Of a stretch of DNA of 64,000 bases, positions 20,328-28,923 are shown in pieces. The DNA lies in the NCBI GenBank assembly GCA_964604875.1, contig CAZSAC010000001.1, positions 30,730 through 94,729 of the forward strand. Reading direction: 5' to 3'. Origin of the DNA: an uncultured Bacteroidaceae bacterium. Its GTDB lineage: Bacteria; Bacillota; Clostridia; Christensenellales; CAG-917. The notes below the pieces were generated by a model, which saw nothing but the letters and a program-made list of their open reading frames with translations, ran no database searches and was not told the origin of the DNA. The translations under genes were made by a program, and so were the position numbers. Numbering within the stretch: the stretch's first letter is position 1; each line of letters opens with the position of its first letter.

Positions 20328-22014
20328 TGAAAAAACTCACGGCTTTTTGCGTCAAATTTTCCAAACCAAACCCAAACTTTTGATACGCTTCAGAATCTGT
20401 CATATTTGCAATAGGCACATTTTCAAAAGCCATAGGCAAAATGAAATTTCCGTTATAGCCTTTTTGATTATAATGTTCTAAAATAGCGTCCGACAAACCG
20501 CCGCACAAAATATTGTCTTCAAGCACCATAATTTTTTTATCGCTGATTTCTTTAAGCATCAATTCGTCAATCGGGTGCGCAAATTTTGCGTCGATTATAT
20601 CAACATTTATGCCCTTAATTGCCAAATTATTGCGCAGTTTATGAGCAATATTACACATTTTTGCGCCAATATACAATATAACTTTGTCAGAATTATTATA
20701 AACGTCGTAAGACCATTTGCCCAACTCTATCGGCGCTGATTCGCCCAATTCAAGACTGTCACAACAGCCTTTACCATATCGAATAGCAAGCGGAAGGTTA
20801 CATTTTTGAGACCATTTAACCATTTTCTCCATTTCATCAAGGTCGCGCGGGGACGCTATATTCATCCCTGCTGTTCGCAAATAGCTGATGTTAATTAATC
20901 CTTGATGAGTTTCACCGTCGCCTGATACAACTCCGCTGTGATCAATACACAAAGTTACGGGCAGTTTTTGTATCATTATATCGTGAAGAATTTGGTCAAA
21001 TCCTCTTTGCAAAAACGTACTGTAAACTGCAAGATATGGTTTAAAACCCTCTTTTGCCAAAGCTGCGCACATTGTAACTGCGTGCTCTTCGGCTATACCT
21101 GTATCAATAAACCTGTTAGGATATTTTTCTGCAAAAGCAGTCAGCCCAACGCCCTCTTTCATCGCTGCGGTAACTGCAACAATTTTGTCGTCTTTTTCTG
21201 CCAACTTGCACAAAACCGCCGATAGCCTTTCGCCAAAGCTTTCGCTAGCGGGTTTGGAAACGCCGTATGAATGGCACTTCTCTATGGATTTGCCATTTTC
21301 GAAAAAGCCCTTGCCCTTGATTGTGTTTACGTGTACCACAACGCTTTTATCAGAGGCCTTGGCTTTGCGTAAAGCAGATATTAAATCTTCTAAATTATGC
21401 CCGTCGATTTGACCTATGTAATCAAAATCAAACAAATTAAAATATTCTTTTGCCGATTCAAATTTATTGAAAATCTTTGACAGCATCCCAACGGTTGGAG
21501 AAATTGCCATTTTATTGTCGTTTAAAATTATAATTTGTTTTCCCTTTTCCAAAGGACTGACGTTTAAAGCCTCAAATGACATTCCGTTTGAAATAGAACC
21601 GTCACCGATTAAAGAGATAATTTCAAAATCCTCTTTTTTTAAGGCTCTGGCGCGTAAAACTCCGCACGCAACAGATAAAGCCGTTCCACTATGTCCGGCG
21701 TCGAAGTAATCAAATTCGCTTTCGCTGGTTTTGGGAAAACCGCTTAAACCGCCTAGTGTACGAATTGTATTAAAGCCTTCTCTGGTCAATAGTTTATGCG
21801 TATAGCATTGATGTCCGACATCAAAAATAAGCTTATCTTTTGGAAAATCAAATACATAATGAAGCGCAATCGTAAGCTCAACTACGCCCAAATTTGACGC
21901 TAAATGCCCGCCGTTTGTGGTTATGACCTTAATAATTTCTTCTCTAATTTCGTCAGCAAGCCGATTTAACGATTTTATATCCAGCTTTTTTATATCACTT
22001 CTTTTTTCGAGCAC
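20317..22014 (-). CDS. dxs: 1-deoxy-D-xylulose-5-phosphate synthase (short-linker form)
   Basis: 565 aa; GGHLASNLG, GHSGT, TPP motif GDGSISNGMSFEALN, transketolase pyrimidine-binding and C-terminal domains. Confidence 0.9.
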   Translation of the reverse strand: MLEKRSDIKKLDIKSLNRLADEIREEIIKVITTNGGHLASNLGVVELTIALHYVFDFPKDKLIFDVGHQCYTHKLLTREGFNTIRTLGGLSGFPKTSESEFDYFDAGHSGTALSVACGVLRARALKKEDFEIISLIGDGSISNGMSFEALNVSPLEKGKQIIILNDNKMAISPTVGMLSKIFNKFESAKEYFNLFDFDYIGQIDGHNLEDLISALRKAKASDKSVVVHVNTIKGKGFFENGKSIEKCHSYGVSKPASESFGERLSAVLCKLAEKDDKIVAVTAAMKEGVGLTAFAEKYPNRFIDTGIAEEHAVTMCAALAKEGFKPYLAVYSTFLQRGFDQILHDIMIQKLPVTLCIDHSGVVSGDGETHQGLINISYLRTAGMNIASPRDLDEMEKMVKWSQKCNLPLAIRYGKGCCDSLELGESAPIELGKWSYDVYNNSDKVILYIGAKMCNIAHKLRNNLAIKGINVDIIDAKFAHPIDELMLKEISDKKIMVLEDNILCGGLSDAILEHYNQKGYNGNFILPMAFENVPIANMTDSEAYQKFGFGLENLTQKAVSFFNET

Positions 22015-22681
22015 TTTTACTCTCCTTCGTAAAAAACGAAATAAATTTTGCGGTTACCATAACAAATTCCTTCGATTGCTTAATAGCGTACGCCTTAACA
22101 AACGCTTTGCCTCCGACAATCGCCGCAGAAACCACGCTGCTTATGGCAATCGTGACGATTTGTTCAATCAAGGTTGACGCGTCAAGCAAAACTTTTCCTG
22201 CAATAACAACCGTACACGCGCCTGCCAAAATACCAAAAATGTCACCGATAACGTCGTTACAAATATTTGATACCTTGTCTGCATTTTTGACAAGCTTAAT
22301 GGCAATTTTACTTCCGGGAACTTTTCTGCTTGCCATAGCCGTTAAGGGGCCTAGTTCACAAGCAGCGACCGCCACGCCGATTCCGTCAAACAATATACTT
22401 CCGATAATTAAAAACAACAGCAACAAAATAACTATTAATACATTATTCGCAGTTGCCGTCATTTGCGCCACAAAACTGAAAAATGCCGACAAAAAAAACG
22501 TAATAACTGTAGCTTTTATCGCCCAATGCGACTTAGCCCCGTTATTTTTGAATTTTTTATCGGATTTGTTTCGCGTTTTTTTGACAGGTGTAGCTTCGGA
22601 TTTTGATTCGTTTAAAGGTAACGCCTGTCCTTCATTTAACGGCACTTCGAGATTGTCGTCGAAATTGTCGTTGTTATCCAT
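21995..22681 (-). CDS. oapA: Small 4-TM membrane protein, candidate OLE-associated protein A
   Basis: Start moved to the ATG at 22681 (SD agaggaa); 228 aa; hydrophilic N-terminus then 4 predicted TM helices; DVIGD (D-x3-D) at the start of TM3; position between the large non-coding region and dxs. Confidence 0.6.
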   Translation of the reverse strand: MDNNDNFDDNLEVPLNEGQALPLNESKSEATPVKKTRNKSDKKFKNNGAKSHWAIKATVITFFLSAFFSFVAQMTATANNVLIVILLLLFLIIGSILFDGIGVAVAACELGPLTAMASRKVPGSKIAIKLVKNADKVSNICNDVIGDIFGILAGACTVVIAGKVLLDASTLIEQIVTIAISSVVSAAIVGGKAFVKAYAIKQSKEFVMVTAKFISFFTKESKSARKKK

Positions 22682-22708
22682 ATATTCCTCTTTTTTAAAA
22701 AAATTAAT

Positions 22709-23285
22709 GGTGGTAACATTTTGAGTAAACCTTGCGCCTTTAGGTCTAGTTGACTTTCTCTCCACAAAAACTCTTCGTCGCCGATAGAGAAGTTTCCTAT
22801 TATATTGCAGACTACGGAGTTGCCGTCCGCAGGACTAGATTGCCACTTAGAGCACACTATAATCCCCAAAATATTTCCAATGGAACAGCCTAGAAGATTT
22901 CCTTTACAGTCCAAGAGCACACTTAGCTTCTTTTGCAAGCTGAGTTTCATCGGGCAATCGGCAAAAGCACATTGGCCAACATACAATGCCGTGTTCCCAA
23001 ATTCACACCGATCACTCAAAGCAGGCTACTCTGCACACAGCTTTTTGCCGCATTACAGGTTTTCACTAACCAGTAGAAGATTTGACGTCTACCGAATTAG
23101 GCCTCCACGATAATTGGGTCGCAGGTCGCATGCCATTGCGACTCGCCCAAAAATCTTAACTCCCAGCAACAGCCCTTGTTTGGGCAACAAAGGCCACCAC
23201 CAGAAACTTCATCGATATGCCCTTTAACGGTATTTTAACCCCGTCTTGGGTGTGGCTGGACTGACTAGGATACTGCACCACCATT
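22709..23285 (-). ncRNA. ole: Candidate OLE (ornate, large, extremophilic) RNA, ~575 nt
   Basis: ORF-poor region, GC-richer than neighbouring intergenic DNA, between ispA and the 4-TM gene; own TTGTAA-17-TATAAT promoter; 5' GGUGGU can pair with 3' ACCACC; the operon context xseAB-ispA-RNA-oapA-dxs-tlyA-nadK-argR-recN matches the published OLE locus. Ends are approximate and no covariance search was run. Confidence 0.65.
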
Positions 23286-23292
23286 TTTTTGT

Positions 23293-23321
23293 ATTATAAC
23301 ACAATCAAATATAAATTACAA
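23293..23321 (-). promoter_or_regulatory. Sigma-A type promoter directly upstream of the OLE-like RNA
   Basis: Minus strand TTGTAA-17 nt-TATAAT; predicted start near 23285, just before GGUGGUGCAG. Confidence 0.55.
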
Positions 23322-23343
23322 CATATTATATATTTATACACTG

Positions 23344-24159
23344 CTAAAGTTTAATATACTTTCCAAAAAAGCCTAATAATTCAAGCAAAAGTTGAGGATT
23401 TTTAAATTTATCGGCAAGATTTTTTGCAGATTTTACCAAACTATCCAACTCATTAATGGCAAAATCACGTCCGTACAATTTTGCATAGTTTAACTCTTCT
23501 TCAAAAATGATGCCTTGGTCGAAGTCGTCTAAATCGTCGGCAATTTGAAAAGCTAAACCAAATCTGTGCGAAAATTCCACCAGCGTGTCTAATATTTCCT
23601 TGTCATCTGTAAACAACGTTGCGCCTGCAAGCAATGCGCCTTCAAAAAGCTTACCCGTTTTGTAAAGAAAGATTTTTTCCAACTGATTACAGTGCGATAA
23701 ATCCAAAAATTGTCCATAAACCATACCGTTTATGCCCGATGATTTTGCCAAAATTGACGACGCATTAATTGCCCGCTCATCTTTGGCATTTTGAAACAAA
23801 ATTTCAAAAGCAGAGTTTAACAGCGCGTCTCCGACCAATAAAGCCAGCCATTCGCCGTATTTTTTATGGACAGTAAGCTCGCCCCGTCTTAAATCGTCGT
23901 TGTCCATACAGGGTAAATCATCGTGAACCAAAGAATAATTATGGATAAGCTCAATGGCAATCGCATATGGCATCGCCTTGTCAATATCGCCTCCGACAAG
24001 GCTCGCGCCGGTCAACAGCATAATCGGACGCAACCGCTTTCCACCTCTTACAGCATATGCGACAGCCTCGCCAAGCTCGCCCTTATCAGTATATCCTTTT
24101 GCCCAGTTCTGTACGGCAGAATCAACCAAAAGTTTTAGCGATGTTAGATTATTCATCAA
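23344..24159 (-). CDS. ispA: Farnesyl/geranyl diphosphate synthase (polyprenyl synthetase)
   Basis: 271 aa; first DDxxD region LVHDDLPCMDNDDLRRG and second motif FQIADDLDD. Confidence 0.88.
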   Translation of the reverse strand: MMNNLTSLKLLVDSAVQNWAKGYTDKGELGEAVAYAVRGGKRLRPIMLLTGASLVGGDIDKAMPYAIAIELIHNYSLVHDDLPCMDNDDLRRGELTVHKKYGEWLALLVGDALLNSAFEILFQNAKDERAINASSILAKSSGINGMVYGQFLDLSHCNQLEKIFLYKTGKLFEGALLAGATLFTDDKEILDTLVEFSHRFGLAFQIADDLDDFDQGIIFEEELNYAKLYGRDFAINELDSLVKSAKNLADKFKNPQLLLELLGFFGKYIKL

Positions 24160-24361
24160 TTTTAAACTCCTGCGTTAGCTTGTTCAATTCATCGGTCAGC
24201 AGTAAAATTTTGCCCTTACTGTCGCCTAAATATTCAAGACATTTTTTAGAAAGCTCTATCCCTTTATTAAAAAGCTCCAAGCTTTCGTCTAAGCTGATTT
24301 TTTGCGTTTCCAATTTTTTAACAATCGTCTCTAATTCGGAAAAAGTAGTTTCGAAATTCAT
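24149..24361 (-). CDS. xseB: Exodeoxyribonuclease VII small subunit
   Basis: 70 aa helical; FETTFSELETIVKKLE..L.LDESL pattern; overlaps the xseA stop. Confidence 0.85.
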   Translation of the reverse strand: MNFETTFSELETIVKKLETQKISLDESLELFNKGIELSKKCLEYLGDSKGKILLLTDELNKLTQEFKIDE

Positions 24362-25548
24362 AGCTCCTCCTCAACAATATCCGTAACGTTTGCATATATA
24401 CTGCCATCCGCGCCCTTTACGGTAATTTTATCGCCAACATTCACGTTTTTTACGCTGGTTACGGGATTGCCGTTATCATATAAGCAAAAGTAACCGCTTT
24501 TCAAAATCCTCACGGGATTCATCTTTTCTAATGCAGTCAACAGTTTTTCAACGGCGAACTCGTTATTTTTTTGTAAATTATTTATAGAATTTGACATTTT
24601 AATATTGCTTTTTTCCAATCTTGACAAGTTTTCATTATATTGTTTGTCAACGGCATTTGCTATATTTGATGTCAAATATTTTGTTTTTTCCAAATAACCG
24701 TTTAAGCAAAGCTGAGACGATACATTTGCCCGCTTTAAAAAATCAAAAACAGAATCCTTGGTTTTATAATAATCATACGCCACCAGTTCGCCTGCCGCCG
24801 TTGGCGTCGCCGCCCTTGCGTCTGCGGCAAAATCACACAAAGAAAAATCGGTCTCGTGTCCAACCGCCGAAATAATCGGCGTTTTCATATTAAATACAGC
24901 GCGCACAACATTTTCGTCGTAAAACGGAAGCAAGTCCTCTAAACTACCTCCGCCACGCGCCAGAATAACACAGTCAAAATTCATTCTGTCAACGCTTTTG
25001 AGCGCCATTGCAATTTCCATTGAAGCATACTCGCCCTGAACCTTGACATCTTTGACATAAATGTCCAATTTAGGATTTTTTCTTCTGATTGTTTTATAAA
25101 TATCCCTTATAACCGCACCATTTTTTGATGTTACAACAACAACCTTATCGCAAAACTTCGGTATAGGGATTTTATTAGAATCATCAAAAACGCCTTCTGC
25201 CGCAAGTTTGTTTCTAAGTTCTTCAATCCGCTGATACAACAAACCTATCCCGACAGGCTCGATTTTAGATACAACCAAACTCAAGCGTCCGCTAGGCGCG
25301 TAAAAGTCGGGCGTACCAATAAGTATAACGCTTTCGCCCTCTTTGGGAATATACGTTTTACGATATTGAAAACAACTGCACGCAATAACTCCGCCGCTGT
25401 CTTTTAAGTTAAAGTAGGAATGCGCACCACTTATTCTAAGCCCTGACACCTCGCCCAAAATTGCAATGTTATGAAGCATTTCTTCTGCCACAAAAATGTC
25501 CTTAATATACTTGCAAAGTTCGGTTACGGTGATATATTTTCTTTCCAT
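24358..25548 (-). CDS. xseA: Exodeoxyribonuclease VII large subunit
   Basis: 396 aa; N-terminal OB fold (VTELC.YIK), RGGGS.EDL and GHE.D motifs. Confidence 0.9.
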   Translation of the reverse strand: MERKYITVTELCKYIKDIFVAEEMLHNIAILGEVSGLRISGAHSYFNLKDSGGVIACSCFQYRKTYIPKEGESVILIGTPDFYAPSGRLSLVVSKIEPVGIGLLYQRIEELRNKLAAEGVFDDSNKIPIPKFCDKVVVVTSKNGAVIRDIYKTIRRKNPKLDIYVKDVKVQGEYASMEIAMALKSVDRMNFDCVILARGGGSLEDLLPFYDENVVRAVFNMKTPIISAVGHETDFSLCDFAADARAATPTAAGELVAYDYYKTKDSVFDFLKRANVSSQLCLNGYLEKTKYLTSNIANAVDKQYNENLSRLEKSNIKMSNSINNLQKNNEFAVEKLLTALEKMNPVRILKSGYFCLYDNGNPVTSVKNVNVGDKITVKGADGSIYANVTDIVEEEL

Positions 25549-25572
25549 ATTCGCCTTATTAAAAATTGCCGA

Positions 25573-26412
25573 CTAACCGCGACGCGCGCTTTTAATCGTA
25601 TTTTTCATAAGCATAGTAATCGTCATTGGACCAACTCCGCCGGGAACCGGGGTGATAAAACTGCATTTATCTTTTACCGCCTCAAAATCTACGTCTCCGC
25701 ATAGTTTGCCGTTTTCATCGCGGTTCATACCAACGTCGATAACCACCGCGCCGTCTTTTACATATTCCGCCGTAACAAACTTAGCTCTGCCAATAGCGGC
25801 AACCAAAATGTCCGCTTTGGCGCAAATTTCTGGCAAATTTTGTGTTTTACTGTGACAAATTGTAACAGTCGCATTTTCCTGTAAAAGCAAATTGAACATC
25901 GGTTTTCCAACAATATTGCTTCTTCCGATAACCACGGCATTCTTCCCGGAGATGCTTGTCCCCGTGGATTTAATAAGTTCAATAACGCCTTGAGGAGTAC
26001 ACGATACCATATCAAGAGTACCCAAACTAAGCAACCCCACTTGCTCTGCGCAAAAACCGTCAACGTCTTTTTTTGGCAGAATATGCGCAAGTATTTTCTT
26101 TTCGTCTAAATGCTTTGGCAACGGCAACTGACATAAAATACCGTGAACGTCATCACGGACGTTGAGCTCGGATACCGTATCCATAAGCGTTTGTTCATCA
26201 ATATCGGCGGGAAAACGATAGGAGAAACTTTCAATACCCAGCTCTGCGCAGGCGTTTATTTTGTTTCTGACATAGACTTGGCTTGCGGAATCATCGCCAA
26301 CTAAAATAACCGCCAAGCCCACACTCTTGCCTTGCGCTTTTAATGCGTCCACTTCCAGCTTAAGTTCTTCCCTAATTTTTTTGGATAAAGCTTTTCCGTC
26401 AATTATGTTCAT
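25573..26412 (-). CDS. folD: Bifunctional methylenetetrahydrofolate dehydrogenase/cyclohydrolase
   Basis: Start moved to the internal ATG (MNIIDGKALSKKIREEL); 279 aa; VGDD.AS..YV, GRSNIVGKP, PVPGGVGPMT motifs. Confidence 0.93.
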   Translation of the reverse strand: MNIIDGKALSKKIREELKLEVDALKAQGKSVGLAVILVGDDSASQVYVRNKINACAELGIESFSYRFPADIDEQTLMDTVSELNVRDDVHGILCQLPLPKHLDEKKILAHILPKKDVDGFCAEQVGLLSLGTLDMVSCTPQGVIELIKSTGTSISGKNAVVIGRSNIVGKPMFNLLLQENATVTICHSKTQNLPEICAKADILVAAIGRAKFVTAEYVKDGAVVIDVGMNRDENGKLCGDVDFEAVKDKCSFITPVPGGVGPMTITMLMKNTIKSARRG

Positions 26413-26824
26413 TTTTTTCTCCGTTAAGTGATTTACAAATGCTTGATAATACGCCGTTAACATACGCGCTGCTTTTATCGGTGCTATAGCGTTTGGCAAG
26501 CTCAACCGCCTCGCTTATCGCAACAGAATGAGGAATATCGTCGGACATAAACGTAAGCTCGTATGTACACAAAATCAATATTGCCAAGTCGGGCTTATAA
26601 ACCCTTGATATATCAAATCCGTCGGTATATTTGGCGATAGTAGCTTTCAAATCGTCATAGTTTGCAATTATCCCTCTATATACGTCAACCATATAAGAGC
26701 GGTCTTCAACCGACAAGGACGAATCCAAAAGTAAAAGTTCCAATGTAGTCTGATTTTCTACACCGTAAAATAAAAATTCAAAAGTCAATTTATATACGTT
26801 TTCTCTAGCTGTTCTTCTGCTCAT
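26399..26824 (-). CDS. nusB: Transcription antitermination factor NusB
   Basis: 141 aa; SRRTARE.. N-terminus and helical NusB pattern; nusB-folD synteny. Confidence 0.9.
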   Translation of the reverse strand: MSRRTARENVYKLTFEFLFYGVENQTTLELLLLDSSLSVEDRSYMVDVYRGIIANYDDLKATIAKYTDGFDISRVYKPDLAILILCTYELTFMSDDIPHSVAISEAVELAKRYSTDKSSAYVNGVLSSICKSLNGEKNEHN

Positions 26825-27213
26825 AGTTCCCCTTCGTCAATATCATCTGCTTCGTCGTCGAAAATGTGTTCAATCGGCGGAGGACAAGCCTGTTCCTCAA
26901 CAATGATGCTGACAACCATAACGTTGATTTGTTCAACCTTATAGCAAGTTTCCTTTTCGACGTCGGCTTTGATTTTTTCCTGCACGGCGCAAACGACTTC
27001 GGGGATATTATATCCATATAAAACGTTAATAAAAATATCCATTTTCACGTTATTATCGGTGATATAAGCCTGCGCGTCGGACGCTGCTGACCTGGAAAGC
27101 TTTTTACGTTCCGCCGATAAAAGCTTAACACCGTCGACTTCGGCGGCGCTTTTTATCGCAATAGCTGCGATAATATTTGAATAAAGGTCGTTATTTGAAC
27201 TGTTTTTAGCCAT
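26821..27213 (-). CDS. Asp23/Gls24-family alkaline shock protein (YqhY-like)
   Basis: 130 aa; IAAIAIKSAAEVDGV pattern; upstream of nusB as in Bacillus. Confidence 0.8.
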   Translation of the reverse strand: MAKNSSNNDLYSNIIAAIAIKSAAEVDGVKLLSAERKKLSRSAASDAQAYITDNNVKMDIFINVLYGYNIPEVVCAVQEKIKADVEKETCYKVEQINVMVVSIIVEEQACPPPIEHIFDDEADDIDEGEL

Positions 27214-27234
27214 AACCCCTCCTAAATTTTATAT

Positions 27235-27263
27235 ATTATAGCACAATTTTTTTATATGTTCAA
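27235..27263 (-). promoter_or_regulatory. Candidate sigma-A promoter for the asp23-nusB-folD-xseAB-ispA unit
   Basis: Minus strand TTGAAC-17 nt-TATAAT with TG two nt upstream. Confidence 0.55.
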
Positions 27264-27306
27264 GAAACTGTCGCATAGTATTTTTAAAAATATATTTTTT
27301 GTCGCA

Positions 27307-27376
27307 TTAAAAAGCCGAGCCATTACGGCTCGACTTTAAGTAAGACATAAAAAAATTTCCGCCGTTGGCGGAAAAA
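27307..27376 (-). terminator. Two tandem Rho-independent terminators after spoIIIAH
   Basis: Hairpin tttccgcc-gtt-ggcggaaa followed by a U-run, then hairpin cgagcc-loop-ggctcg followed by uuuuu (minus-strand sense). Confidence 0.8.
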
Positions 27377-27379
27377 TTT

Positions 27380-27856
27380 TTAGTATGCGTTTACATTGAC
27401 CTGCGTTGCAATATACTTGGTTTCAGTGAGGACAATCGCCAATATTTGCGCAACTTCGTTTGCTTGTAAATCGTCGTCTACAACCGTGATTGTACAAGAA
27501 TCATCCGTTAAGTTTACCAACGCGTCCGAAAAGCCTTTGGCTTTTATGAGGTTTTCAAGCTTTAATTCGCCTTCCATTAAATCGCAAATTTTTTGTTTCT
27601 GAGCTTCGGCGGTGACCTTAGCTTCAGCTGATGACGTTTCCGAAATCATTATTGCGTCTAAGTAATCGAACATTTCTTGTCTGCCCGTCGTTCTGTCGCT
27701 TCGGAAGGAATTGAAGGTTGCCGTAACATTCGGGGTATCGCCCGTGCCGGGTTTAGAATTTCCCAGACGACTATTTAACCAAACGTTTAGAAATGCGGAT
27801 GCCACCAAAAGCACGACCATTACCGACAGAACTATAATCTTTTTTTTGTTTTTCAT
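27380..27856 (-). CDS. spoIIIAH: Stage III sporulation protein AH
   Basis: 158 aa; N-terminal TM anchor, last gene of the eight-gene spoIIIA cluster, YscJ/FliF-like C-terminal region. Confidence 0.7.
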   Translation of the reverse strand: MKNKKKIIVLSVMVVLLVASAFLNVWLNSRLGNSKPGTGDTPNVTATFNSFRSDRTTGRQEMFDYLDAIMISETSSAEAKVTAEAQKQKICDLMEGELKLENLIKAKGFSDALVNLTDDSCTITVVDDDLQANEVAQILAIVLTETKYIATQVNVNAY

Positions 27857-27865
27857 ATAAACCTC

Positions 27866-28450
27866 CTATTTGTTCATAGTGAATATTTGTATTTTATTTG
27901 CATCTATATTCAATACCGTTGCGGCAGCCTTTTGTAAACGCAGTCGGACACCCACATCGTTTGCGCCCTCCGCCACAATGATAACCCCGACTATTTGAGG
28001 GTTTATTTCCTTTAGTACGACAGGCACTTGTTCGCCGTTCACCGTGACCATAACGGGAGTAGAGCTTTCATCCGATGTAACCGTCTTTAAAGCCGAGCCT
28101 CCGCTATTATCTTCCCTTGTGACCGTATTCTGCGAGGACGTTTTCGCCGTAATAAGCTCGGACGTTCCGTCATAGGTAATCATACACTCCACCTTACCCG
28201 CTCCCTCGATTTTAGAAAGGACAGTCGCCAGTCTTTTTTCGGTTTCCGCATAAGCCGACACAGTTTGAGAGCTCTCTTTTGAAGATACTTTTTCCGTCTT
28301 TTGCCAGCCGGCGTAGACAATAAGCATTATCGCTATTAAAACTATGCAAATAATAACTTCAATATGCTTAATTTTTTTAATGCGTTGTAAGAAATCATCA
28401 ATTTTGTCTTTAAACGAAATCTTTTCACACTCATTCTTCTTTTCAATCAT
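27866..28450 (-). CDS. spoIIIAG: Stage III sporulation protein AG
   Basis: 194 aa; single TM then the conserved C-terminal beta-rich domain (VEGVAIVAEGA-like: IVGVIIVAEGAND). Confidence 0.78.
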   Translation of the reverse strand: MIEKKNECEKISFKDKIDDFLQRIKKIKHIEVIICIVLIAIMLIVYAGWQKTEKVSSKESSQTVSAYAETEKRLATVLSKIEGAGKVECMITYDGTSELITAKTSSQNTVTREDNSGGSALKTVTSDESSTPVMVTVNGEQVPVVLKEINPQIVGVIIVAEGANDVGVRLRLQKAAATVLNIDANKIQIFTMNK

Positions 28451-28923
28451 AACACCCTCACATAATCTCGGTCTATTTTTAAATACGCAGACACCGTTGT
28501 CTTGATATTATTTATTATATCTATATGCTCATTTGAGCTATTCAAAACCACATTATTCAAATAAATATTTACATAGTCGATTTCGTTGGCGTTATTTACT
28601 TTTTTAACAATTTTAGCCTCGCAATCGGTGTATCCCAACTGCAATAAAAGTTCTTCTATGCTTTCTTCACGATAGTCTTTTTTTGTTTGTGAAACGCTGT
28701 CTATAAAGTTTTCATCGACGCTAAAACTTACGCCGTTTGAAAATAACTTTTTAAAATCAATTTCTTTGTTTATAAATTTCGGAATCGGCGCAATTATGGT
28801 TAGTATTGTGATTGCGGCAAAAATCCCCTTGATATATTTATTGGTTTGTCCCTCCGGCAAAACAATATCAACAAGGATACCTAAGGTAATTATTCCAACA
28901 ATACTTATTATCCACGCGCTCAT
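28447..28923 (-). CDS. spoIIIAF: Stage III sporulation protein AF
   Basis: 158 aa; two N-terminal TM helices; position in the operon. Confidence 0.7.
   Translation of the reverse strand: MSAWIISIVGIITLGILVDIVLPEGQTNKYIKGIFAAITILTIIAPIPKFINKEIDFKKLFSNGVSFSVDENFIDSVSQTKKDYREESIEELLLQLGYTDCEAKIVKKVNNANEIDYVNIYLNNVVLNSSNEHIDIINNIKTTVSAYLKIDRDYVRVL

Noticed and set aside
20317-22014. Dxs as a truncated or pseudogenised copy because it is ~55 aa shorter than typical
   Set aside because: The reading frame is intact and all three domains and the TPP motifs are present. The shortening maps to the variable inter-domain linker.
22636-23113. ORFs 22636-23019 (-) and 22805-23113 (+) as protein genes in the ispA-dxs gap
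   Set aside because: They overlap each other on opposite strands, lack SD sequences and have Cys/Leu/Ser-rich unnatural composition. They lie inside a region better explained as a structured RNA (OLE-like).
22700-23300. RNase P RNA, tmRNA or a group II intron as the identity of the large non-coding region
   Set aside because: The reverse complement shows no GAGGAAAGUCC-type RNase P core, no tRNA-like 3' end or tag ORF of tmRNA, and no GUGCG 5' end, domain V or intron-encoded protein. The synteny fits OLE instead.
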